The position numbers were made by a program, and so were the translations under genes. From a virus, in IMG/VR virus record IMGVR_UViG_3300025137_000014, positions 32,001 to 96,000 of that record: a stretch of 64,000 nt of DNA, one strand, 5' to 3'. This document shows positions 19,747 through 30,305 of this stretch, piece by piece. Below the pieces are notes generated by a model. That model had not been told where the DNA came from, searched no databases, and saw only the letters and a program-made list of their open reading frames with translations. How positions within the stretch are numbered: position 1 is the stretch's first letter; each line of letters begins with the position of its first letter.

Positions 19747-21590
19747 GCTAACCTCACATTGGTTGTTCCTGTTACGGAAGAGTTATCTGCGACTTTGTAT
19801 CCACGTGTTAATATATATGCACCACGTTCTGCACTTGCGGCTGAGAAGTGCATTGGATCCCATGGAGCACTCCAGTTACCACCCCAACCTAAACCATGTC
19901 TAGCGGCTATCTCACCAATATTGAGTGGGAAGTCACAACCTTTGTCTGCACCTCTAGTTACACCTGGATTCCAACCTGATGGTCTAGTTTTTGCATATCC
20001 ATTTGGTGCATATGCATTAATATCTATAGCGGCTCCCATTGCATGGAAGCTAGGTCTTGAACCACCTCTTTGATTTCTATTACAGTATCCACCTAATGTT
20101 CTTACCACATATCCTGTTGCTTCTAAATCATCAATCAGTCCTTGGAAGTTAGATTGGAATATTTCGGCAACTTCGCATCCAACACCATTACTTGCACGTA
20201 TTGATGCAAGACCTTCTCCTGGTGGTAGCCCAGGAACATCTTCGGTTTCTTGGTCTCCCTGATTAGCGGCGTCAAATTGTCCGTCTGCACTTGTTGGGTC
20301 TTTTGATATTTCGTTACCTGCTTTTTGTGAATCAGTAGTTGCTTCTGGTGTAGACCCATCGGCCGCCTTTTGTACTGTTTCTGTTCCACGTAAAAACGGT
20401 TCGTGTGTTGGTATCTTAGGTATGATACTTTCGTCTATTTGTGTATTTTCTAAATTCTGTATATCTGGTTGTGCGGCTAATGGTATATCAAAAGCGATAG
20501 AAGCCATAGGACCATTAAGATGCATTTTGCCGTTTACTGTACTAACGTACATATTTGTTTCTACTTTTTGATGCAGTGCTCCACCACTTTCTAAAAACAC
20601 AGAGCCTTTAGTTTTTGTGTGATATTGATTACCTACATTTAAGTTATAATTGTCACCAGTACGTACATTAATCTTTTCACCTGCTTCAAAGTTTATATTT
20701 TTATCTGCACGTAGATTAAAATCTTTTTCAGTACGAATAGACATATTACCTTCAGCATAAACCATAACTTCACCATCTGCACCTATTTCTACCCAACCAG
20801 AACCCGAACTATTAATTGCATATACAAAATCATTTGTACCGTCAACAATAACTTGTGCTCCTGAACCAGTAGAAATTCTTATCTGATTAGGATGAATAGT
20901 GCCATCGTCTCCGACAGACCCATCGTCCATTGTAATACCATTGCCGCCCGGTGTTGTCCAGCCATATACTTTTGATGATTGTGTTGTATTATAATTTGCA
21001 TCACGCAATGGACTTGAAGTAGATTGACCTCGTTTGCTATCTGAGAATATACCTTGACTTGCAGTATTAACATTTCTGTTTGAATTTGCTTGGTCTTTTT
21101 CGTCTGTATTTTGTAAGTCTTCTAATTTAGTTGGTGTTACTTTAGCAACTTTGACATCTTTTGCAATGCCTTCTCCCATACCTGAACCATCTGGATTGGC
21201 TACACCTGCTGAACCTCCTGATACTGTTCCTGGAATTTCTTGTGCTACTGCAAACCAATAACCTTCATTTAATACCCCATTGTCTGCAAAGAAAACTAAT
21301 ATAGTAACCCCACCATCAGGCGGAACAGAGAACATTCCATATGACCCTTGCTTATTAGAACCACCAAAAGGACTTGCATACATAAAGTACATTGGTTCTT
21401 CTGGATCTCCACCAAGTTTAGGTACATAGGCCGCAATACGTCCTCTACCTTCAGGGTCAGGCTTATCTGCTATAGTGATAGCTTTATATATACCACTTTT
21501 GATATTCTGTAAAATAGGGTTTTCTTGTGACTTTCGATTACTCAAAATCGACTTAGCAAGACTGTTTCCTATCATAGATTCATTAGCCAT
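19743..21590 (-). CDS. gp5: Baseplate central spike gp5-like protein with C-terminal M15 peptidase
   Basis: OB-fold start (DPEGRGRIAAYVP), beta-helix repeats, C-terminal SFHAMGAAIDIN...WGGNW...DPMHF. Confidence 0.8.
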   Translation of the reverse strand: MANESMIGNSLAKSILSNRKSQENPILQNIKSGIYKAITIADKPDPEGRGRIAAYVPKLGGDPEEPMYFMYASPFGGSNKQGSYGMFSVPPDGGVTILVFFADNGVLNEGYWFAVAQEIPGTVSGGSAGVANPDGSGMGEGIAKDVKVAKVTPTKLEDLQNTDEKDQANSNRNVNTASQGIFSDSKRGQSTSSPLRDANYNTTQSSKVYGWTTPGGNGITMDDGSVGDDGTIHPNQIRISTGSGAQVIVDGTNDFVYAINSSGSGWVEIGADGEVMVYAEGNMSIRTEKDFNLRADKNINFEAGEKINVRTGDNYNLNVGNQYHTKTKGSVFLESGGALHQKVETNMYVSTVNGKMHLNGPMASIAFDIPLAAQPDIQNLENTQIDESIIPKIPTHEPFLRGTETVQKAADGSTPEATTDSQKAGNEISKDPTSADGQFDAANQGDQETEDVPGLPPGEGLASIRASNGVGCEVAEIFQSNFQGLIDDLEATGYVVRTLGGYCNRNQRGGSRPSFHAMGAAIDINAYAPNGYAKTRPSGWNPGVTRGADKGCDFPLNIGEIAARHGLGWGGNWSAPWDPMHFSAASAERGAYILTRGYKVADNSSVTGTTNVRLA

Positions 21591-22557
21591 TGTTTATCCT
21601 CTTGTATGCGTCCCAAATTAGATTAGATACTTTTTTCATTGATTTGTCTGACCAATGACCACAATCTAGTGTATCTAGTAAAAAGGTTGCTGGTACTATT
21701 TCTATTTTTCTATTTGCCCTATTCATATCTTTTAGATATTTATGTACAATTTCCCAATCACCTGGTTGGTTATTTGATTGTTCCCAAAACTGTATGTCTA
21801 TGAATATAATATTCCATTTCTTTGCTAGTGTCAACCAATTTAATCTTCTTATAATTACTTCTACGTTTTTTATAAATGAATTTGCAGGTCCACTAAGATG
21901 TAAGTTTGACATTACCCATGCCTCTGTCATTGCATTTGTTGCCTTCTTAGAATACTTGCCAAAGTTTGAGTGCAAATCTTGTAACTCAGGATATTCTGCG
22001 ATACCATCGGAATCATTAAGTGGAGAGATTCCCATCTTCGGTTGAAGTCCTATATGAAAATCCCAACCAACTAAACACTCATTATATAATTCTCTTGATG
22101 GTTTACTTAATCCAGGTGATAATACATTCATATAAAAACTTTGTCGTAACATAGAAGAAAGTCCAACTACAATAGTTTTTGTTTGGTCTGACTTTTCTTC
22201 ATTTGTCCACTGCTCCATTCTTCTCATTATTGCTTCATTTGATGAACCTGGTTTTGCAAGATTTAGAAAAAAGGCGTTGCCGTTGTTATCACTCTTTCTA
22301 TTAAGGAATTGAGATAAGCAATATTTTTTTGGTAATCCATCACCGAATAAAAAACTATCACCGAATATAGCAATAATGTCTTCTTTGTGTTCGTCAAATT
22401 TAGATAAATTAGTTCTTGTTGGCCATTCATTCTCCCAAGTTTCTCTTTCTTCGCCATATCTTTTATCTACTGCATAAGGAGAAAGACGATTGGGTTTCCA
22501 GGCTTTATCATTTTTTAGCTTACTAAAGCATGACCATTCTGTATTAAATTCTTTCAT
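21583..22557 (-). CDS. SGNH/GDSL-like hydrolase
   Basis: FGDSFLFGDG, NLAKPGSSN, D..HW motifs. Confidence 0.6.
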   Translation of the reverse strand: MKEFNTEWSCFSKLKNDKAWKPNRLSPYAVDKRYGEERETWENEWPTRTNLSKFDEHKEDIIAIFGDSFLFGDGLPKKYCLSQFLNRKSDNNGNAFFLNLAKPGSSNEAIMRRMEQWTNEEKSDQTKTIVVGLSSMLRQSFYMNVLSPGLSKPSRELYNECLVGWDFHIGLQPKMGISPLNDSDGIAEYPELQDLHSNFGKYSKKATNAMTEAWVMSNLHLSGPANSFIKNVEVIIRRLNWLTLAKKWNIIFIDIQFWEQSNNQPGDWEIVHKYLKDMNRANRKIEIVPATFLLDTLDCGHWSDKSMKKVSNLIWDAYKRINNG

Positions 22558-22565
22558 TTCGTATC

Positions 22566-25500
22566 CTATGGCGTTGGCGGGTTAACGATTACAAAATCGC
22601 CTGCGTTAAAATTAATATCAAGTTGTAATGGTCCATTACCATCAGTGTCTACGTCGGTTGCAACTCCGCCAGTACTTGATACTGCTAGGTCTGGATATTC
22701 ATTTGATATTGTATTTTTTACAGTTGAAGTGTTTATTCCTGGTTTATAATATTCAAATGAACCAGGTGTTGCTGTACTGTTTACTAAACCAAAATGTGTT
22801 GCAGGGTCTTGTATTGTTACCTGTTGTCCACTTGCATCGTTGTAAGTTATAGGACCGATAGCACTAAAGTCCAATACTTCCTCAGTCATAGTTACTCCTC
22901 CAACTGTTTCAGTTATTGTTGCTCTCGGTGCCGCCTCAGCTTTATCTAATAATTCATTGTATACAGAAGTAGCATTTTTATATTGATTAACTTGTGATTG
23001 TGATACTTGTCCATTTGTTATTGCATCATCAACATTGGTAATAGAAGTTCCACTAGTATCATTTAGAGTTTCTACTATTGGTATAGCCGCAGTCCCATTT
23101 GGTTCTTTAATAGGTTTTGTGATTTTTTCATATGATATATCACCATTACTATCTTGTACTGCAATTATGCCTGTTGTTACACCATCTTTTGTGTCAAGAC
23201 TTCCTCTTAAATTATTTACTTCTACTTGTAATTCTTCTGCTTTTGCTCTATCTTTATTTCTTCCATAGTTTCCTGTAAAGTAGAAACCATCAATATCATC
23301 TTCAAGTTCAGCTAACTCTGCCTCTTTAGCAGTTAATGTCTCTAATGTTTGAGCATCTTTGACACCTTTAATTGCATCTGCTCTTACTCCTGTTGTTGCA
23401 CTTGTATTAATATCAGATATTGTACTTTCAATATTTTTAACTTCTTCATATTCTCTATCTGTTAAATCGTGTAGCCCTCGACCATCGATTATATCTTGTG
23501 CTTCTTGGTTCAATGCAGAAACTTTATCAGCCTCATTGGCAGTTAGTGTTCCACTTTCAACATTAACATTATAACTTCTAGGGTATAGACCAGTTGCGTA
23601 TGCTTCATGGCTTGAAGAAAATCCTAAGTTGTTGAGTTGAACATCTCCGTCAATTATTGCATTTGGTCCTTCAACACTTTCTGCTTTTACTTGGTCTGAT
23701 ACTTCAAAATCATAAGGATCAACAACATCTAAATTATCCATAATTGATAATGGTTCTTTTTTAATATCATCGTTGCCTTTGATATATCTTTCTGCTTCAA
23801 TTCTGTTTGCTTCATTAATATCATTTAGTTCAGTTTGGTCAATGCCAGTAACGTTTGTTCCTACTGTTGCGTTTCCTGATGCCTCAAGAGCATGGTCTAT
23901 TTCTGCCATAGTCTGTGGAGTAACAATATACCCATTGTCTATAGCTTCATTATATGCATTACGAGTTGACTCTGATACTGAATTGTTTCCTGTTTGATAA
24001 TCTTCTTCTAGTCTTCTTGCAATATCATTTGCAGATTGTTGTACTGCAATACAAGATTGTTGGTGACCCAATGCACATAGTCCCTCAGCCTGTTGTCTAG
24101 CAAGTGCTAATTGTTTTGCAACTGATTCGTTTGGAACTGCATAGTCATTTTGAAAAGATGGATCAAGAAAGTTTCTTGTTGCATTTTGTAATTGTAATAC
24201 TGCATGTGGTCCTGTAGCATCTACATCAACTACATATCTATCACCGTTTTCTGTAACTCCTGTGCCTGCTCCTACTGGTGCAACTATATCTTCTGCCCTT
24301 GCTTTTGCAGAAGTGTCTTCTGCCGCATTTGGGTTTTCTAATCCTGAACTTGTGTCATTAACACCTAATAGTGGATCAACAGTATATTGATATACACTGT
24401 CATTCATTAATTCTGGGTCTGGAGCATCTAATAATGCATTTGCTTTTTGAAATTCTTCTGCGGCTGGTAATTTAACTAAGCCTAATGTTTGTGTAAATAA
24501 TCCACCACTAAATGAACTAATAACAGATTGTACAGAATATACACTTGTCATTAATCTTGTCTTTTTAATACCATCATAATTATTTGAGTCTTGTCCAACA
24601 CGCTCTGGGTCATCTAAAAATACATCCTCTGCTTTATCAGATACTAATATAAGATAGTTGGCGCCATTAATTTTAGAAAGATGCATCTTGTAATCTTCAA
24701 GTGAATTCTTATTACCAAACTTTGCCTTCTCCATAGAGGGAGATAAAATACTATCAACCCAATATGGGTCACCTTTGATTGTCATTTGAATGTTCAACAT
24801 ACTTAAATTATTATTTCTACCTTCGTAATATTTTGCCATTGCGACTTCAATATTTTCTTGGTCTGCTGATTTAATAACATTTAAGTTAGTAGGATTTGAT
24901 AATAATGATTTTGTAATACGTGAAAAGTTAACTGGATTTTCTACTAATGCTTTTAGTAAACTAGAAAATTGGTCTTTACTTAACTTATTAATCATTTCCT
25001 TATCTAGGTCTTCGGTTAGTATAAGTTCTTGTCCTTCACTGCCCGGATACAATCCAAGGTCATTCCAGTTATTGGCTATCATACTTGTACTTTCAACAAT
25101 TTTAGTTGAGTACAAATGTCCTAATGCTTCACGCATAACTTCATTTTGTGTTAGTTCATTTTCTTTTTGACCTGTTAATGTTGTATTGAGGCTTCCCTTT
25201 ATTTCTTGAATTTTATTGTGTAATTTATTATAATTTTCACGTGTTTCGCCTTTTAAAATCTCTTGCAAGATTTCGTATTCTTCTGTGTCAGTATCAAACA
25301 TAGATGCCATTTGATTAGCATCTGCCCCATTAACTGAATTCATTATATCTAAGACATCTGTTGCATTATCGGGTCCAGTTATTCTTCTGCTAACTCTTTC
25401 TTTAAATTCGTTTCTTATAGCATCGTTCATTGCCTCAAATTTTTTCTCATATTGGCCTCTTGCTGTTTCCAACATTCCTATGCCGTCTTTTAATCCAGTT

Positions 25501-27428
25501 GCTTGACTTTCTAATTCTGTTAGTTTTTGTTTTGCTCTTTCATCAATCTCATTTCGCCAATCACCCACTGTTTCTAAAAAGCTATTTGCCATATAAGCAT
25601 CACTTGGTAATACATATGCTTTTTGTAATTGATTTGCTAGACTGATAGATAAATCTAAGATATGTTCATTTCTTCCAGTATACTGATAGTAATATCTTTT
25701 ATTACAATGTCCCTCTAATAATACTGAACTTAGTACTTTTGCTGTTTCTTCTGTTAGTTTTGCATTATGTAATTGGTTTTGTACTATTAATGCTTTCTGT
25801 ACTGTAAGAAAATATGTTACTTCATATGTTTGCTTACTTGTTAAAACATTATATCCTCTTAGTTTTGGTCTTGCATGTGGCAAGATTCTAAATAGATTAG
25901 ACATCCTAGGCGTATCATCTGTTAGTGCTTCTCTTATTTCTTTAGAGTTTAAACATATACTTTCTATTGCATTGTATATAGAGGAACCAGGAGTTATAAC
26001 ACCTGTCTGTTGTCCAATTTTTACAGAACTCTTTTTTGATGTTTCGTTATTACCAGAAGATTTATTTGATTCATCTGGTGAAGTCATTTGACCTTGTGCA
26101 AACATTTGTTTGAAGGTATCATCCATTTCAAACTTAAAATCATTTATAAATTCTGAGTCTCCTACCACTGCCCTTTCTACTAGTTTTTCATTTAACTTTT
26201 TAAAGAAGTTTTCTAATGTTTCTTGTAGTGTATCAGCAACATCAAACTCAAAGTTATAATCCATTTGTGATAATTCTGTATCTGCAACGACTTTATCATT
26301 TACGATTGTGCCATCAATAACAAGATTAGTACCTTTAGATTCTGTTGCCGACTGTAATTCATTATATTTTGTAATTACGAATGGGAATATTTTTGTTGCT
26401 GGTAAGTTTTTAACTAAATTACCCTCAGTATCATATCCTCTAAACCGAACTTTCATAAAGAATGTTGCATTTTGTAAATCAGGATATCCGCATACTAATA
26501 TACTATTGTTTAACATATCAGGAAGTGATGTACCACCAACTTGTGAAATTGTAAATGATAGATTAGTTGCTGTGCCTGCCATCTTTGATGCAGAAGATGT
26601 ACCTTGACCAACACTAGTTACTGTTAAGTCTGTGATGTTTAATTCTGTTGTTATTCCTGTTCTTGCGATTGTAACAACGTTCATGTCATTTGTAGGCCAT
26701 GCGTCATTAACAATGTCATCCATCATTTGTGGTGTTTGTTCAAATGCAAGAAATTTGTTTGCTTCTTGTTGATTGACAATAAACAAATCTAAGTTATAAG
26801 TATAATTCTCAAAAGCATCTAATTCGTTTTCCCAGAACAATCGTTGTTGTTCCATATTTTGAAGTAATTCAGCTAGACTATTAGATGAGCGTATTGCAGT
26901 TCGTTTTTTGTCTTCAATATCTTGTATACCTTGTTGTTCTGGTTCTTGAATTACTTCACCATTTGATATTAAATCTCTTTGAGCATCATCATCAATAACT
27001 GGAACACCATCGGGTTGTGTACCATATGCCATACCCAATCCGCCTTCAATGCTATCTCCAAAATAACTTAATGCTTCTTGTCCACCTTCTTTTTGAATCA
27101 TCGCAGACACCATTTTTTCTGCTAGTTCTGGATTGGCAGATAAATCAATAGGAGCATTTTTATCTATTCCCATTTTGTTTGCAACGAAGTCTACATACCC
27201 AGGAGTATTGTTTTCGTTAGGTGGAGCCCAACGTTGAATCATTCCTTCAACTGTGTTTAGTCCGTGTTTGTCTTGGTAAGTTTCTAAGGTTCTACCTAAT
27301 GCTCTAACACCATGTTCAGGTGTGGCAAAAGAAACAAATGCTCCATCGTCACCTGTTTTGCCTTTCCAAGCAGTAGAGTTTGTTCTAATATTGCCTGGGT
27401 TATTGTTTCTTACGCTTCTTACTGCCAT
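22566..27428 (-). CDS. Large baseplate hub (gp27-like) protein with N-terminal lysozyme-like domain
   Basis: 1620 aa; N-terminal RNNNPGNIR...FATPEHG...RWAPPNEN; sits between gp53 and gp5; C-terminal part has IQMTIKGDPYW. Confidence 0.6.
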   Translation of the reverse strand: MAVRSVRNNNPGNIRTNSTAWKGKTGDDGAFVSFATPEHGVRALGRTLETYQDKHGLNTVEGMIQRWAPPNENNTPGYVDFVANKMGIDKNAPIDLSANPELAEKMVSAMIQKEGGQEALSYFGDSIEGGLGMAYGTQPDGVPVIDDDAQRDLISNGEVIQEPEQQGIQDIEDKKRTAIRSSNSLAELLQNMEQQRLFWENELDAFENYTYNLDLFIVNQQEANKFLAFEQTPQMMDDIVNDAWPTNDMNVVTIARTGITTELNITDLTVTSVGQGTSSASKMAGTATNLSFTISQVGGTSLPDMLNNSILVCGYPDLQNATFFMKVRFRGYDTEGNLVKNLPATKIFPFVITKYNELQSATESKGTNLVIDGTIVNDKVVADTELSQMDYNFEFDVADTLQETLENFFKKLNEKLVERAVVGDSEFINDFKFEMDDTFKQMFAQGQMTSPDESNKSSGNNETSKKSSVKIGQQTGVITPGSSIYNAIESICLNSKEIREALTDDTPRMSNLFRILPHARPKLRGYNVLTSKQTYEVTYFLTVQKALIVQNQLHNAKLTEETAKVLSSVLLEGHCNKRYYYQYTGRNEHILDLSISLANQLQKAYVLPSDAYMANSFLETVGDWRNEIDERAKQKLTELESQATGLKDGIGMLETARGQYEKKFEAMNDAIRNEFKERVSRRITGPDNATDVLDIMNSVNGADANQMASMFDTDTEEYEILQEILKGETRENYNKLHNKIQEIKGSLNTTLTGQKENELTQNEVMREALGHLYSTKIVESTSMIANNWNDLGLYPGSEGQELILTEDLDKEMINKLSKDQFSSLLKALVENPVNFSRITKSLLSNPTNLNVIKSADQENIEVAMAKYYEGRNNNLSMLNIQMTIKGDPYWVDSILSPSMEKAKFGNKNSLEDYKMHLSKINGANYLILVSDKAEDVFLDDPERVGQDSNNYDGIKKTRLMTSVYSVQSVISSFSGGLFTQTLGLVKLPAAEEFQKANALLDAPDPELMNDSVYQYTVDPLLGVNDTSSGLENPNAAEDTSAKARAEDIVAPVGAGTGVTENGDRYVVDVDATGPHAVLQLQNATRNFLDPSFQNDYAVPNESVAKQLALARQQAEGLCALGHQQSCIAVQQSANDIARRLEEDYQTGNNSVSESTRNAYNEAIDNGYIVTPQTMAEIDHALEASGNATVGTNVTGIDQTELNDINEANRIEAERYIKGNDDIKKEPLSIMDNLDVVDPYDFEVSDQVKAESVEGPNAIIDGDVQLNNLGFSSSHEAYATGLYPRSYNVNVESGTLTANEADKVSALNQEAQDIIDGRGLHDLTDREYEEVKNIESTISDINTSATTGVRADAIKGVKDAQTLETLTAKEAELAELEDDIDGFYFTGNYGRNKDRAKAEELQVEVNNLRGSLDTKDGVTTGIIAVQDSNGDISYEKITKPIKEPNGTAAIPIVETLNDTSGTSITNVDDAITNGQVSQSQVNQYKNATSVYNELLDKAEAAPRATITETVGGVTMTEEVLDFSAIGPITYNDASGQQVTIQDPATHFGLVNSTATPGSFEYYKPGINTSTVKNTISNEYPDLAVSSTGGVATDVDTDGNGPLQLDINFNAGDFVIVNPPTP

Positions 27429-27434
27429 TATACA

Positions 27435-27728
27435 CTACTTCATATTATCTAATTGGATCTTGCTAGGTATTTTTATTTTAGTACCTGCCGTAAAATCATT
27501 TATCGGGTCCTGTATAATATCAGGATTTCTTTTAGCAAAAATCCACCAGTATTTTGAAGTACCATATAATTCATAACTGCACAAGTCAGGTCTAATATTA
27601 TAATTCTGTGGTATTGTGTAAGTTTCATCTAATGGACTTTTTTGTAAAAATACAGGATTTTGTATATCCAATACTTTATCTTTTAGTACAGTAGTTTTCT
27701 TCCACGGAGATGTAGGATCATATGCCAT
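27435..27728 (-). CDS. gp53: Baseplate wedge subunit gp53-like (LysM)
   Basis: RPDLCSYELYGTSKYWWIFAKRNP...DF.AG..IKIP. Confidence 0.8.
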   Translation of the reverse strand: MAYDPTSPWKKTTVLKDKVLDIQNPVFLQKSPLDETYTIPQNYNIRPDLCSYELYGTSKYWWIFAKRNPDIIQDPINDFTAGTKIKIPSKIQLDNMK

Positions 27729-28297
27729 TATACGTACCCCTTATTGGCTAAATTTCCACTCAAATAGTCATTCATACTAAAGTTTTTTCTAACATTCTTT
27801 GGAGAATATGTAGTTGTCAATGACATAACAAACATATTCTGTACCGGAACTCTTGCACCTGACGATGTTTCAACATAGTCAATGTCTGAGTCTAAGTTCC
27901 ATGTAAAATCTCTTATTAAAACAGGAACATTAGTATAGATACCATGTGCATCTAATCTCAATATTGGTGGGGGAAGACCGGCATTATCTGATTGCATACC
28001 AAAGTCCATCTTTAATGCACCTCTCATAAAGTTAGCCATTTGTAATACAGTTTGTGCTTCTGCTTCATCACGCACAATAACAGGAGCTGTCATGTTAAAT
28101 TCAGTATTTGAAGACATATCAAATGCTCTTTGTTGAAAATTAGTATGAGATAAATCATAGGAACTATACCCGGTACTCGTTAACACTGTGATTGTTGGTG
28201 TATACGGGAACTGAATACTGTTCAATCCAGAAGCACTTAGACGCCCACTAGGGTCTCTCAGTGTCACTGGTTGGTCTTGTACATACATATTGTTCAT
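27728..28297 (-). CDS. Tail-tube initiator / baseplate tube cap (gp48/gp54-like)
   Basis: QFPYTPTI...GLPPPILRL...VPVLI..F.W pattern; adjacent to gp53. Confidence 0.6.
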   Translation of the reverse strand: MNNMYVQDQPVTLRDPSGRLSASGLNSIQFPYTPTITVLTSTGYSSYDLSHTNFQQRAFDMSSNTEFNMTAPVIVRDEAEAQTVLQMANFMRGALKMDFGMQSDNAGLPPPILRLDAHGIYTNVPVLIRDFTWNLDSDIDYVETSSGARVPVQNMFVMSLTTTYSPKNVRKNFSMNDYLSGNLANKGYV

Positions 28298-28317
28298 GTT
28301 TAACTCCTTCTTTCTTG

Positions 28318-28346
28318 TATTTATCGTTACTTAAACTACGAAGTTT
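28318..28346 (-). promoter_or_regulatory. Late promoter GATAAATA with upstream AAACTTCGTAGTTT (7-nt spacer)
   Basis: Read directly. Confidence 0.7.
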
Positions 28347-28366
28347 AAAAATAAGCATTTTAGCAC

Positions 28367-28395
28367 TTGACATTGGGTATCAGATGTATTATAAT
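28367..28395 (+). promoter_or_regulatory. Consensus sigma70 promoter for gp55 operon
   Basis: TTGACA-N17-TATAAT. Confidence 0.8.
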
Positions 28396-28420
28396 TAATA
28401 ATATTAATAGGAGCAATACC

Positions 28421-29293
28421 ATGGCACGTAGAGGTCAAAATTATTTAAATAATAAAGATATGCTAAAAGAAATTCATATCTCCAAATCAAACTTTTGTTG
28501 GTTTGATAATAGAGATTTGCATCATCAATTTGATATTATATTAGACGATATAAGTGAAATTCATAAAGCAGAAGAACAGGCAAGAACCAATCGGTCAAAT
28601 AGATTACAAAAAGCCGCTTGGGACTTAAACGAAGATAAAAAGAAAAAACAAATAGACTTTGCAGTAGATCCAGCATCTTTTGAAAAAGAATCGTTGGTTT
28701 TCAGAGTTATGACTTTCGACCACATCCCAGATGAACCAGGTCGTAAAGCGAACCCAAAGACTATTGCAGACCATAAAGTCAAACTTCACTTCCCACCATT
28801 CAAACATTATGTGATTGAAGGCAAAGGTGCAAGAGAAGTAGCATGGTCACATCATAACAAAGACAAAGAATTTGATTTACGAGGCGGTAAAATTACGGCA
28901 ACGTTAGCCAACATGTACATCAAATTAGTTGAGCGTTATTCTCAGAGAAGTAACTGGAGAGGCTATACGTATATTGATGAAATGCGTGGACAGGCATTAT
29001 TACAACTTGCACAGATTGGATTACAATTCAATGAAGCAAAAAGTGATAACCCATTCGCATATTATACGGCGGCTGTAAACAATTCATTTACACGTGTTCT
29101 AAACACTGAAAAGAAAAATCAAGGTATTCGTGACGACCTACTAGAGAAATCAGGTCAGATGCCAAGTTGGACTAGACAATTAGAACATGAAATGAAGTCT
29201 CAGGAAAGATGGCAAAAAGTAATTAAAACAAGAATTACTGATGAACAGATTCCAACAGAAACTATCAAAGAGATTTACGCAGACAATGACTAA
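28421..29293 (+). CDS. gp55: Late-transcription sigma factor (T4 gp55-like)
   Basis: NYLNNKDML, WRGYTYIDEM, NPFAYYT; upstream of gp47/gp46 as in T4; ATG 28421 after AGGAG. Confidence 0.85.
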   Translation: MARRGQNYLNNKDMLKEIHISKSNFCWFDNRDLHHQFDIILDDISEIHKAEEQARTNRSNRLQKAAWDLNEDKKKKQIDFAVDPASFEKESLVFRVMTFDHIPDEPGRKANPKTIADHKVKLHFPPFKHYVIEGKGAREVAWSHHNKDKEFDLRGGKITATLANMYIKLVERYSQRSNWRGYTYIDEMRGQALLQLAQIGLQFNEAKSDNPFAYYTAAVNNSFTRVLNTEKKNQGIRDDLLEKSGQMPSWTRQLEHEMKSQERWQKVIKTRITDEQIPTETIKEIYADND

Positions 29294-30302
29294 TCTATTC
29301 AAAAAAGCGGCTTGGTTTACTGATATTCATTATGGTATGCGTAACAACGCACGCCAACACAATGTTGATTGTGATGAATTCATAGACTGGTTTATTCAAG
29401 AAGCCAAAGCTAAAGGTTGCGAAACTTGTATCTTTGGTGGTGACTGGCATCATAATCGTGCTAGTTTAAATATTTCAACTATGAAGTATAGCCTTGCTGG
29501 TTTACGTAAACTTAATAATTCATTCGAAAAGGTTTACTTTATTTTAGGTAATCATGATTTGTTTTATCGTGAAACCCGTGATACAAACTCAGTAGAGTTT
29601 GCAAAAGAGTTACCTAATGTAGTGCTTATCGATGATAAACTAGTTGAAGGCGATGTAGCATTGACTAGTTGGTTAGTTGGCGATGAATGGAAAGAAGTAC
29701 CAAAAATAAACACAAAATATATGTTCGGACACTTTGAACTTCCGACATTTAAATTAAATGCAATGGTAGAAATGCCTGACCATGGTGGTCTAAAAAGTGA
29801 AATGTTTAAACATCAAGATTTTGTTTTCTCAGGACACTTTCATCATCGTCAAGTGAAAGGCAACGTGATATACACCGGCAATGCATTCCCACACAACTTC
29901 TCCGATGCAGGAGATGATGACCGTGGTTGGATGTTCTTAGAATGGGACAAGGAACCGGAATTCTTTGCATGGCCAAATGCTCCTAAATATAAAAATATCA
30001 TGTTGTCTGCATTGCTTGAAGACCCATCAAAGTACTTGTTACCTAAAACAAGTGCAAGAATAACACTTGATATAGACATTACGTATGAAGAAGCAACATT
30101 TATAAAAGATACGTTTGTTGAAGCATATGATTTACGAGACATTGCATTACAGCCAATGAAAAACAGTGAACATGAAAGTGACACTGGCGCTGAAATACAT
30201 TTTGAAACAATCGATGAAATTGTGATTTCACAATTAAACTCTATTGATGATAATGGTAGCTTTAATAAAAAAGTTCTTGTTGAACTATATCAAAATCTAT
30301 AA
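29286..30302 (+). CDS. gp47: Recombination endonuclease (gp47 / SbcD-Mre11 family)
   Basis: TDIH, GDWHH, GNHD, GHFH metallophosphoesterase motifs. Confidence 0.9.
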   Translation: MTNLFKKAAWFTDIHYGMRNNARQHNVDCDEFIDWFIQEAKAKGCETCIFGGDWHHNRASLNISTMKYSLAGLRKLNNSFEKVYFILGNHDLFYRETRDTNSVEFAKELPNVVLIDDKLVEGDVALTSWLVGDEWKEVPKINTKYMFGHFELPTFKLNAMVEMPDHGGLKSEMFKHQDFVFSGHFHHRQVKGNVIYTGNAFPHNFSDAGDDDRGWMFLEWDKEPEFFAWPNAPKYKNIMLSALLEDPSKYLLPKTSARITLDIDITYEEATFIKDTFVEAYDLRDIALQPMKNSEHESDTGAEIHFETIDEIVISQLNSIDDNGSFNKKVLVELYQNL

Positions 30303-30305
30303 TAC

